A DNA stretch of 64,000 nucleotides from a virus, in IMG/VR virus record IMGVR_UViG_3300037247_001096, positions 1-64,000 of that record. One strand, 5' to 3'. The notes beneath the pieces are model-generated. The model saw only the letters and a program-made list of their open reading frames with translations. It did no database searches and had not been told where the DNA came from. This document shows, in pieces, positions 44,524 to 53,173 of the stretch (positions are counted from its first letter, which is position 1; the number at the start of each line of letters is the position of its first letter). Position numbers and translations under genes: made by a program.

Positions 44524-45499
44524 AGCCTACACCCCTCTGACCTCGATACGGATAGAAAACTTCCAAAGCATAAAGGCCGCCACCATCGAGCTCGGCCGGC
44601 TCACCGTTTTGGTTGGCGCCGGGGACGCGGGGAAGAGCGCCATCCTCCGTGCGTTGCGGGCAGCGTGCCTCAACGACGCTTCAGATGACGACATTCGTCA
44701 TGGGCAGAAGAAGGTCGAGGTAACCCTCACTTTTGAGGATGGCGTTACTATTGAGTGGTGGAAGCAGAAAGGGCAGGGTGGGTGCTACCGCATGACGGAC
44801 AGCGACCCCGAGCGAGTCTTCACCAAGACTGGGGGGGCCGTACCCGAGGAGATTGCTGAGTACCTAGGTATTGGTACCATCGAGGTCGACGCCACTACCG
44901 AGCTCACCCCACAACTAAGCGACCAACATGATTTGCCCTTCCTACTCTGGGAAACGGGTAGCAAACGTGCCCGCATCTTGGGGAAGGCCACTCGCCTAGA
45001 TGTCCCCATCTCGGCTCAGATGCTGTGCAAGAAGGAACTTGACCAGACCCGACGGGGTGCAGAGGACGCCACCACCGCCCTCGTGGACGTAGAGGAGCGG
45101 CTCGGCGCTCTCCCTGACTACGAGAATTTGGAGGGTCGGCTGGATGAGACCGAGGCGAACCTCAAGACTATCGACGACAACCTCAGGCTCGTCCGCCGGG
45201 CTCGGGGGCTGGCTGACCAAATCGCGGAGGTGCGCTCCCGAGCTACGGCGGTCGACGTGGCGCCTCTGCGTGCCCGGCTGGACGACGCGGCCGAGGCGTT
45301 GGAAGTGGCAGAGCGGGCGCAGTTCCTAGGCCGGCGCATCCCCGAGCTAAAGAACACGCTCACAGGTTTGACCGAGCGTGCGGCCGACCACCAAGAGGCG
45401 CTTGAGAGCTTCCTCAAGCAGTACCAGGAGGCTTGTCTCTCCTCGGGCGTGTGCCTAGTCTGCGGCGGCCTGCTCACCCATGAGGAGTGTGGTGCATGA
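44513..45499 (+). CDS. sbcC: SbcC/Rad50 N-terminal half (Walker A, Q-loop, coiled coil, Zn hook)
   Basis: IENFQS, GAGDAGKSAILRAL, DQHD Q-loop, terminal CLVCG. Confidence 0.8.
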   Translation: MMPRAYTPLTSIRIENFQSIKAATIELGRLTVLVGAGDAGKSAILRALRAACLNDASDDDIRHGQKKVEVTLTFEDGVTIEWWKQKGQGGCYRMTDSDPERVFTKTGGAVPEEIAEYLGIGTIEVDATTELTPQLSDQHDLPFLLWETGSKRARILGKATRLDVPISAQMLCKKELDQTRRGAEDATTALVDVEERLGALPDYENLEGRLDETEANLKTIDDNLRLVRRARGLADQIAEVRSRATAVDVAPLRARLDDAAEALEVAERAQFLGRRIPELKNTLTGLTERAADHQEALESFLKQYQEACLSSGVCLVCGGLLTHEECGA

Positions 45500-46479
45500 A
45501 CATTCTATTCGCAGGCTGCCTTCACGCTGCCGACCGAGCCCCCGCTGGTCGGGTGGATGACTACATGTTCACCATCATGGACAAGCTGGAGAACATCGCC
45601 CGTCTCTGCGAGGAGTACAAGTGCGCCGCCGCTTGTTTCGCCGGTGACATTTTTCACATCAAACAGTCGAATCGCGTAAGTGATGCCCTCCGCCAGCAGC
45701 TCATCACAGCCTTCAAACGCTTTCCGTGTGAGGTACTGGTTACTGTTGGGAATCACGACCTCGGCCCTGATGGAGTAGAGAGCCTGCCCCGCCAACCCCT
45801 AGGGACGCTGGACAAAGCCGGGGCTGTGAAAGTCCTCCTCAAGATGACTGATACGCGCCTTGGCTTCTGGCTCGTACCCCGTCCCTACAGCGCTGCTGCC
45901 GAGGGGGTGTACGACGGTCAGACTGACCCATCATACTACTCCCTAACTGAGGAAGAACAGGTTCTCATCGCCAAGAATCCGGCCCCTGTCATCGGCCTGG
46001 CCCATGGCTCCCTGCTGGCCCCCGGCGACAGCCGCCAATACCCCTACGTGAACGTCGACAAGATACCCGGCCTCGATAAGTACGACTTACTTATCTCTGG
46101 CCACCTGCATGAGTGCTTGGGTGTGGTGCCGGTGGGCAAGACCCTGTTCGCCAACCCCGGGTCTATCGGGCGGACGCGGCGAGACATCGCCTCCTATGCC
46201 CGCACGGTGGAGGTGCTGGTGGTTGACGTTCAGAAGGACGGTGTGACTGTTAAGGAGGTGCCGCTCCCTGGCGTGGCGCCGGCACTAGAGGTATTCGGCC
46301 GGCGGGAGCCTGATGATGCACCCGACCTACCCGAGGACGACATCACGAAGTTTGTGGAAGTCCTGGGCGAGGGTCTTAGAGCCGACGAACTCTCCATTCC
46401 CGACTTGCTTGCGGAGCTGGGGGACATCGAACCAGCGGTGAGGGCTGAGGTACAGCGCCTTCTCGAAGAAGTTCAATGA
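45496..46479 (+). CDS. sbcD: SbcD/Mre11-like nuclease
   Basis: AGDIFH, GNHD, LAHG, SGHLH, NPGS. Confidence 0.85.
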   Translation: MNILFAGCLHAADRAPAGRVDDYMFTIMDKLENIARLCEEYKCAAACFAGDIFHIKQSNRVSDALRQQLITAFKRFPCEVLVTVGNHDLGPDGVESLPRQPLGTLDKAGAVKVLLKMTDTRLGFWLVPRPYSAAAEGVYDGQTDPSYYSLTEEEQVLIAKNPAPVIGLAHGSLLAPGDSRQYPYVNVDKIPGLDKYDLLISGHLHECLGVVPVGKTLFANPGSIGRTRRDIASYARTVEVLVVDVQKDGVTVKEVPLPGVAPALEVFGRREPDDAPDLPEDDITKFVEVLGEGLRADELSIPDLLAELGDIEPAVRAEVQRLLEEVQ

Positions 46480-46934
46480 TGCAGCAAAGAGACAGTCGGG
46501 GACGTTACGTGCAGAGACCGGTTCAGGACAGATTCTGGGCTAAAGTCGACGCACACTCCGAAGGGGGCTGCTGGCTTTGGGTGGGTGCAAAGACACCTAA
46601 TGGGTATGGTCAGATTTGGGTGAATGGCTCCTTGGTGCTGGCCCACCGTTGGTCTTACGAGACCCTAAGAGGCCCTATCCCTCCAGACAAGGAGCTCGAC
46701 CATCTCTGTCGGACATCTGCTTGTGTCAATCCCTTCCACCTAGAGGCCGTTACCCACCAAGAAAATATGAGACGGGGGGATGCGGGTGACAACATGCTCA
46801 AGAAAACACACTGTCCACAGAGGCATCCCTACAGTCTCGCCAACACCTACCGGTGGCGTAATACTCGCCGCTGTAAAGTGTGTAAACGAAATCAGCTCCG
46901 GCAGTGGCGAAGGCAGCAAGAGGAGGCAGCATGA
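46476..46934 (+). mobile_element. HNH homing endonuclease
   Basis: RFWAKV...CWLW.G...GYG...AHRWSY...LDHLC....CVNPFHLEAVT..EN; THCPQRH...CKVC. Confidence 0.9.
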
Positions 46935-47101
46935 GTAGTATGACCTGTGAGTCCTGTCTATACGTAATGGTAGAGTGTGGTTGGTGTCAAGGGGACTTCT
47001 GTGCCGCGTGTCTGACTCCTTGTCCCCAGTGCGAATTGGATGTCTGCGTCGTCTGTGCGGGGCAAGACCACGACCACGTGAAGGCAGAGGAGGTGTCGTA
47101 A
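46931..47101 (+). CDS. Very Cys-rich microprotein
   Basis: Five CxxC pairs in 56 aa; GAGGAGG RBS. Confidence 0.55.
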   Translation: MSSMTCESCLYVMVECGWCQGDFCAACLTPCPQCELDVCVVCAGQDHDHVKAEEVS

Positions 47102-47216
47102 TGAAGGCGAAGAAAGACCGGTACGCAGAGTTGGAGCAGATGAGTAAAGACCAGCTCATAGGTATCATTTGGTTGTTGGAGCAGACCCTTGTGAAGATGG
47201 CGAGGGTGGCCGAGTC

Positions 47217-47471
47217 ATGACCATCATACCAACCATCGACCAGTTGCGGAAAGACATGGACTCCGCGCGTAACGACCTAGCCCGGATTGACGGGCAGCAG
47301 CAGGGCGCCCGGGAGGAGCTGACCAAGCTGGAAGTGGAGGCCGGCGAACTAGGCATTGCCCCGGATAAGCTCAATGAGGAGGCCACCCGTATCACAGAGG
47401 ATGTATACACGGCGCTCCAGGCGGTACAGGCGGAGACCCAGGCGCTGACAAAGGAGACCACCGGTGACTGA
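47217..47471 (+). CDS. Small coiled-coil protein (possible middle piece of the split SbcC)
   Basis: Heptad pattern; directly upstream of the SbcC C-terminal half. Confidence 0.55.
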   Translation: MTIIPTIDQLRKDMDSARNDLARIDGQQQGAREELTKLEVEAGELGIAPDKLNEEATRITEDVYTALQAVQAETQALTKETTGD

Positions 47472-48120
47472 CGTTGACCTGACCCCGCTCCGAGCTGACC
47501 TGACGGCCGTCCGCCAGCGGGTGCATGAATGGCGGGGCCAGGCCGATATGTTACACGACCAGGAAGTCCGGGAGTTAGTGCGTCAGAAATCCATGCGCGA
47601 ACGGGAAGAGCTCCTCGCAAAGGTACTAGTCGTTCTCCAGAAGCTGGAGGCCACCTGGAGGGGACGGTACGAGGCAGCCCTAGCCGCCCTAGGCAGCCAG
47701 GGGTTGAATGCCGTCTTCACTGATGCGGAGTATGAACTGCTCCTGGAGTCTACCATCAAGCGGGGTGTGTCCAGTCTCGACATCGTGCTGGTGAAGGACG
47801 GACAGCGTGTGCGGCTCAAGGGAGGAAGTGGCGGCTCGGTCGTCCAGGTCTTGGCCTACCTCCTGAGGCACCTCATGACGGTCTCCCAACGCCCCGAGCT
47901 GCGGAGGTTTGAGGCGCTCGACGAACCATTTGCAATGGTGCGGGCCGCTCAAAGGCCCGCTCTCGGCGCGATGGTGAAGGACATAACTCAGCGATTGGAT
48001 TTCCAACTCCTCTTCTCGTCAGACGAAGATGAGCTAGTGGACGCCGCTGACGTGGTAATCCTTGTCCACCCGGGCGGGAAGGTGGAGAAACTGAAGAGTG
48101 GACAGGAGGACAGAGCATGA
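47464..48120 (+). CDS. sbcC: SbcC/Rad50 C-terminal half (signature, Walker B)
   Basis: Coiled coil then GSGGSVVQVLAYLLR, ALDEPF, AADVVILV. Confidence 0.75.
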   Translation: MTDVDLTPLRADLTAVRQRVHEWRGQADMLHDQEVRELVRQKSMREREELLAKVLVVLQKLEATWRGRYEAALAALGSQGLNAVFTDAEYELLLESTIKRGVSSLDIVLVKDGQRVRLKGGSGGSVVQVLAYLLRHLMTVSQRPELRRFEALDEPFAMVRAAQRPALGAMVKDITQRLDFQLLFSSDEDELVDAADVVILVHPGGKVEKLKSGQEDRA

Positions 48121-48281
48121 GCCTTAAGATTTACTACTACGGACGACGGCAACCCGTCTTTGTCAAGTATATAGATGAGGTTGAACTTGTCGTGAACTGG
48201 CTTATCCTTAAGCGGGAGGGCCGTGAATGCGGGCGATATACGCTTGACGGGCTACAGGGCTGGGAACTGGATGAAGTATGA
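48117..48281 (+). CDS. 54-aa hypothetical protein (not in ORF track)
   Basis: AGGAGG RBS; ATGA overlaps at both ends. Confidence 0.5.
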   Translation: MSLKIYYYGRRQPVFVKYIDEVELVVNWLILKREGRECGRYTLDGLQGWELDEV

Positions 48282-48622
48282 GTCGCCGCAGCACAGTTGC
48301 TCAGAGTAAAGAAGCAGAACGTGAAGTTGCTCGCATCCTCCGAGGGAGGCGCCTGACTGCCGGGGAGTGGAAAGAGGCAGGAGATGCCGATGTGGTAGGC
48401 CCGGGGTGGAAAGCTCAGGTAAAGCATCGGTCTGGCGTGCCTGTCTACATCACTGAGGGAATGCAACAGATTCAAGAGGCGGTACAGGGCACCGAGGACT
48501 TGCCTCTACTAATTATCCGTACGAAGCCCGGTCGTGGCCGTGGGGCACAGACCTTTGTGGTTCTTACGGCAGAGGATTTCTTTCGTTGGCGTGAGGACAG
48601 TAGCCATGAGCACCCAGACTAA
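48278..48622 (+). CDS. PD-(D/E)xK Holliday junction resolvase-like nuclease
   Basis: AEREVARIL...ADV...AQVK pattern. Confidence 0.7.
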   Translation: MSRRSTVAQSKEAEREVARILRGRRLTAGEWKEAGDADVVGPGWKAQVKHRSGVPVYITEGMQQIQEAVQGTEDLPLLIIRTKPGRGRGAQTFVVLTAEDFFRWREDSSHEHPD

Positions 48623-49100
48623 AGTTACAGTTATGACAAAGAACCCGAAAACCGGCCGGCCATCCTTGTTTTCTCGGGTAGCTATACAGCGCCGAGCCCG
48701 TCCTGCTGGGGTGCTCGCGTCGTTGTTGCGCCCCGCTGCCGTCAATATGGTCAAGAGCCAGAAACTCCTGCCTGGCTTCTTTGCAGCAGGCGCATACCTG
48801 ACCATATCGATTCAACATTTCTTGCCGAACAATGTCTTTGCTCTTTTGCGACCTGTCATTATGGGCCTTCAGACACGGGGAGCACGGGAGTTTCCCCTCG
48901 ACCGGAGTTGCCACACCGCAGTAAACACACAACCCTGCCGCTTTTCGCTGATGCCAGTGCTCCATATGCTTGTCCGAACGGGCCTGCTGGCATTTTGTCC
49001 CGTACCATTTTCTCCCGGGCACTACAGGCTCTGCGCCGCATGACACACACAAACCTTCCGCTTGAAGACGTTTACGTCGCCGGTCTCGTGAGTTCTCCAT
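48564..49100 (-). mobile_element. HNH-like endonuclease with GLCxxCG repeats, antisense orientation
   Basis: YGQVCACC.E....FLALDHIDGSG...GWP.GFRVLCHNCN...G.CPH. Confidence 0.75.
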
Positions 49101-49106
49101 ACATCC

Positions 49107-49136
49107 ATAATACCAGACAAATCACTGTCCTGTCAA
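49107..49136 (-). promoter_or_regulatory. Promoter of the antisense HNH gene (leaderless)
   Basis: TTGACA-N18-TATTAT ending 6 nt before the ATG. Confidence 0.65.
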
Positions 49137-49154
49137 GTAGTAAAAGGGTGAGAG

Positions 49155-51815
49155 ATGACGGCGCCTAGAGACTGTAACCGCTGCCCTCAGTTAGCTCGGG
49201 TAAGGTCGTGTGTGGTTAACGGTTCCGGCCCGACTGAGGCCAGAATCGCAATGGTCGGCGAAGGCCCGGGTAATTACGAAGACCAGAAGAGGAGGCCCTT
49301 CGTAGGGAAGGCCGGCCGGGTACTGCGCACCATCGAGTGGGCTGCTGGTATCAACCAACACCTAGTCTACTACACCAACGCCACACGCTGTTGGGGTAAG
49401 CGAAACCCGAAGCCGGCGGAGGTGGACGCCTGCCACCATTTCCTCATTGAAGAGCTGCGGGAACTCAACCCCTCGGTCATTGTGGCGCTTGGCGGCGCCG
49501 CTCTCCGTTCCCTCTACCGCCCCGGCGTAACCGTTGGCTCGGTGATGGGCTTCACCCTATACAACGACGAGCTCCCTGGCATCCCCGTCATCCCAACCTA
49601 CCACCCCTCATACATCATGCGCGGGCATTGGGATGAGGTGGCGTTGGTACTGGCTCACTTCCGCAAGGCAAAGCGCATCGCCGAGGAAGGGGGTATCGAA
49701 GAGAAGCTGGGATCGTACATGGGTATCACCACACTAGAGGAGCTGCGGGCGCTCCGAGATTACCTACTTTCTGATGCCGTTTCTATACTGGCCCTAGATA
49801 CTGAGACTTGCGGTTTATCGTGGATGGACTCCGAACTCCTCTGCATCAGCTTCTCGGGTGAGGAGGGAGTCGGGTATAGCGTCCCCATCCTCCACCGGGG
49901 CGAGCGCACCGTCATGAAGACGAAGGGGCGGGGCAAGAACCGTAGGGAAGTGCCCGAACAGGAGTGGTGGCCTGTCCCCTACTGGGACTTGGAGAAGGAG
50001 ATGCCCGAGGTGATCAGTATCCTCGACGAAATCCTCCGCTCCGACAAACCCAAGGCGGGTCAGAACATCGGGTTTGATTTGAGAATGTTGGAGCGCCGGC
50101 CTGATGAGGCGGTGGTGACGGCCCAGACTGCACTCGGCTTCTACGTTAACAACGTACAGCACGACACCAAAATGCTGAGCTCACTACTGTCTGAGGTGAG
50201 CCCGGCCAACTTGACGGTGCTCACAGCCTACCATACGGATATGCCCTATTACGAGGCTGAGATTTCCGGGATGAAATCCAAGATGTGGCACGTCCCTGAC
50301 AAGGAATTATGGGAATACGGAGGAGCCGATGTCGATGTCGTGCAGCGGCTGGTGCCCCGGCTCTACCCCCAGGTGCAGGCTGAAAAGTCGGACTGGGTGT
50401 ACGAAAACATCAGCATCCCCCTCATCCGCTGCGCCACGAAGCTAGAGGAGCGGGGCGTCTACATCGACCAGGAGTATTTCGATAAGCTCTGCTTGTACTA
50501 CAAGGACGACCTGGCGAGGAAGAAGGCGGAGCTAAATGAGACGGTTGGGCGTGAGGTGAAGCATCCTAGCCACTACCAGCACGTACAGAAACTCGTCTTC
50601 AAAGACCTGGGCCTGCCCCTCACCGCCCAGCCCACCGATGGCGCCCGCAAGGAGTGTGACAAGTGTCGGAAGACGCAAAGTCCCTGCTCACCGGCCCATG
50701 CCTCAACATCGGCCGACGCCTTGGCGGAGTTGAACGAGCGGGCACCCCACCCGGTGCTACCTCTCCTCGTTGACATTCGCCACGTCGAGAAGTTCGGTAG
50801 TACCTACTTAGATGGGGGTGAGGGGGGTGGGTTCCGTGTTCATATTCGGGCAGACAGCCGCATTCACGGTCGCTGGACTGCCGGAGGCGCTCGGGCAACA
50901 GGGCGCTTTACTTGCGAGGAACCCGCCCTTATGACTCTACCCAAGGAAATTAGGATTCATTCGGACGAGTATGACATCCACTCTGACGATGCCATTCGCG
51001 CCATGTGCGCTGCTCCTCCAGGATACGGGGTACTCAACGCTGACTGGGGCCAGGCCGAGGTTTGGGTCATGGCCTACGAGACGGGAGATGAGACCCTCCT
51101 CAAGTTGCTGATAGATGGAACGGACATCCACGCCTACGTTGCCCGGGAGCTCTGCAAGTTGGGGGTCTCTACTAGGTTCCCCCATGAATCCGTGGATGAC
51201 ACGCTCTCCCTAGAGGAGTGGAGGAGCAAGTACAAGGAAGTGCGTGACAGGGGCAAGACCTTTGTGTTCGGGATGAACTATGGCCTAACCGACGAAGGAG
51301 CTGGCCAGCGCCTAGGCTGCTCGGCAGAGGAGGCGTCGCCACTCCTGTCACACTACATCCAGAGTATCTTTCCTTCGATGGGATCATACTTCATTCGGAT
51401 TCGTGAAGAGATGTTCCAGCGAGGGTCGGTCGCTGACCGCTTTGGGCGCCGGCGGCACTTCGCCGAGGTGCCCATCCTAGCGGCGCTGCGCTACCGGGGA
51501 GACCTGGAGGGGGCCATCCGCCAGGGGTACAACATGCCCATCCAGGGCGGGGCACACGACCTTCACTCCCTGGCGCACATCGCCACTGAGAGGGAGCTGT
51601 CGTCGTTCGTCCAGCCCGTAATTGAGATGCACGACTCCCTTGCCATGTACGCCCCTCTAGACCGACTCGAAGAGGGTGGGGCTGCTATCAAGGAGCTGTG
51701 GGGCCACGTGGCCCGAGATACCATCCTACCCTCCGGTGAGCGGCTTGCTTGGGAGATTCCCGTCGAGATACAATGGGGTAGGAGCTTTGGAGAGCTGGAG
51801 GCGCACATTGAGTAA
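49155..51815 (+). CDS. polA: Family A DNA polymerase with N-terminal family-4 uracil-DNA glycosylase domain
   Basis: UDG: CxxC, GEGPG, PFVG.AG, TYHPSY. Exo: DTET, NIGFD, YGGAD. Pol: TGR, ADWGQAE, R..GK...FGMNYG, NMPIQG, HD. Confidence 0.92.
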   Translation: MTAPRDCNRCPQLARVRSCVVNGSGPTEARIAMVGEGPGNYEDQKRRPFVGKAGRVLRTIEWAAGINQHLVYYTNATRCWGKRNPKPAEVDACHHFLIEELRELNPSVIVALGGAALRSLYRPGVTVGSVMGFTLYNDELPGIPVIPTYHPSYIMRGHWDEVALVLAHFRKAKRIAEEGGIEEKLGSYMGITTLEELRALRDYLLSDAVSILALDTETCGLSWMDSELLCISFSGEEGVGYSVPILHRGERTVMKTKGRGKNRREVPEQEWWPVPYWDLEKEMPEVISILDEILRSDKPKAGQNIGFDLRMLERRPDEAVVTAQTALGFYVNNVQHDTKMLSSLLSEVSPANLTVLTAYHTDMPYYEAEISGMKSKMWHVPDKELWEYGGADVDVVQRLVPRLYPQVQAEKSDWVYENISIPLIRCATKLEERGVYIDQEYFDKLCLYYKDDLARKKAELNETVGREVKHPSHYQHVQKLVFKDLGLPLTAQPTDGARKECDKCRKTQSPCSPAHASTSADALAELNERAPHPVLPLLVDIRHVEKFGSTYLDGGEGGGFRVHIRADSRIHGRWTAGGARATGRFTCEEPALMTLPKEIRIHSDEYDIHSDDAIRAMCAAPPGYGVLNADWGQAEVWVMAYETGDETLLKLLIDGTDIHAYVARELCKLGVSTRFPHESVDDTLSLEEWRSKYKEVRDRGKTFVFGMNYGLTDEGAGQRLGCSAEEASPLLSHYIQSIFPSMGSYFIRIREEMFQRGSVADRFGRRRHFAEVPILAALRYRGDLEGAIRQGYNMPIQGGAHDLHSLAHIATERELSSFVQPVIEMHDSLAMYAPLDRLEEGGAAIKELWGHVARDTILPSGERLAWEIPVEIQWGRSFGELEAHIE

Positions 51816-51946
51816 CCACCGACCCCCACGCCACCTCGAATGCGGGCGGCTGCATTGGCCGGGAGCGTGCCCCCAGGAAATCGGTTTGAAGATACGCATT
51901 TGGGATAAACTCTCAACACTGGCAGAGTGGGTGCACCCTGAAAGGA

Positions 51947-52594
51947 ATGGTCATGAGTGACGACAATGCCCTTGTCCCATCAGACGGCCGCACGGCCGCC
52001 CGTGTCCGAGGGGAGGATGGGCTACTCCCTGCTCAGCGAGAGTACCTTGCGGTATACTCAGATACGGGTTCGCCTGCGGAAGCCTTACGCCGGCTCCGCC
52101 TCACGCAAGCCCGAGTCACCCGCTGGCTCCGAGAAGACCCCGCCTTCCTCAGAGTCCACGAAGACCTCTTCAAGGGATCTTACAATGCGACTAAGGCGCG
52201 GTTCGGGGCGCTTCAGGAGCGGCTGCCTGACCTGGCACTAGACCTCATGCAGGCCCATAAAGTGGTAGTGGTAAAGCATATCTGCACCGAGTGCGGTAAC
52301 AAGCAGGACGTGGCGGTGGACACTACGAACGATACAGTACGTGCACGGATGTGGTCTGACCTGATGAAGGCAGCGGGTCACCTCAAGGACGTGCGCCGGA
52401 TAGAGGGCGACATGCTCACTACCCACTTCACTGCCGGGCAGCGCATCGCCCTGGAGAGACTGAGGCGTGGTGGTGACATCAGTGTTCAGCAATATAAAGA
52501 GCTGGAATCTATGGGCGCTCTCGAAGACTTGAAGAGGTACGACGGCTCGGGGGTGGTGGAAGACGAAGTTGCCGATGCCGCAAATGGCCTGTAA
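51947..52594 (+). CDS. HTH protein, putative terminase small subunit
   Basis: L.PAQ..YL..Y...G....A.......V.RW...DPAF pattern typical of TerS HTH domains. Confidence 0.5.
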   Translation: MVMSDDNALVPSDGRTAARVRGEDGLLPAQREYLAVYSDTGSPAEALRRLRLTQARVTRWLREDPAFLRVHEDLFKGSYNATKARFGALQERLPDLALDLMQAHKVVVVKHICTECGNKQDVAVDTTNDTVRARMWSDLMKAAGHLKDVRRIEGDMLTTHFTAGQRIALERLRRGGDISVQQYKELESMGALEDLKRYDGSGVVEDEVADAANGL

Positions 52595-52640
52595 TGTACA
52601 ATAGATAATTCCGTTGTAGGTAGTGAAAGGAAGGTGCATC

Positions 52641-52868
52641 ATGGCATTCCTACCGGTAGTCTCATCCACATTGACCGCAGTGAAGTACGACCGGGAACGA
52701 GGCCGGTTGGTCATCCAGTTCCCCGGTGAGAGCTTCTACGAGTACGATGGAGTCCCGGGGGAGGTGGTGCTCGACTTCCTCTTCTCCGACTCTATTGGTG
52801 GCGCGTTCAGCACTCTCATGAAAAAGGGAGGATTCCAGTACCGTCGCATCGCAGCTAAGGACGCCTAG
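52641..52868 (+). CDS. KTSC domain protein
   Basis: VSSTLTAVKYD....LVIQF....YEY.GVP......F....SIG..F. Confidence 0.85.
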   Translation: MAFLPVVSSTLTAVKYDRERGRLVIQFPGESFYEYDGVPGEVVLDFLFSDSIGGAFSTLMKKGGFQYRRIAAKDA

Positions 52869-52879
52869 GGAGGGCCTTG

Positions 52880-53173
52880 ATGGTATGGGAAAACGAAAAC
52901 GGAAGCGACGTACAAAAGTGGCCCACGTGGAGCACCCGCCGAAACTGGGCGCGAAACAACTATCTGAAGTACGGCATCCAGTGGAAGCTCCAGAAGTTCC
53001 TGGTGATGCTGGCGAACCTGACGGTGCTGAACGACCTGATAGAGGAGGAGGGCGGGGAGGTGCTGCTGACGCCCAAACAGAGGAGGGAGTGGAAGGGGTG
53101 GTACGAATCATTTCGACCGACCCATCCAGTGGGCCGTCCGAAGAGCGACTCGGGGAGTGGCCATACAGAATAG
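52880..53173 (+). CDS. Hypothetical Trp-rich protein
   Basis: GGGAGG RBS at good spacing; overlaps the 5' part of the next long ORF. Confidence 0.45.
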   Translation: MVWENENGSDVQKWPTWSTRRNWARNNYLKYGIQWKLQKFLVMLANLTVLNDLIEEEGGEVLLTPKQRREWKGWYESFRPTHPVGRPKSDSGSGHTE

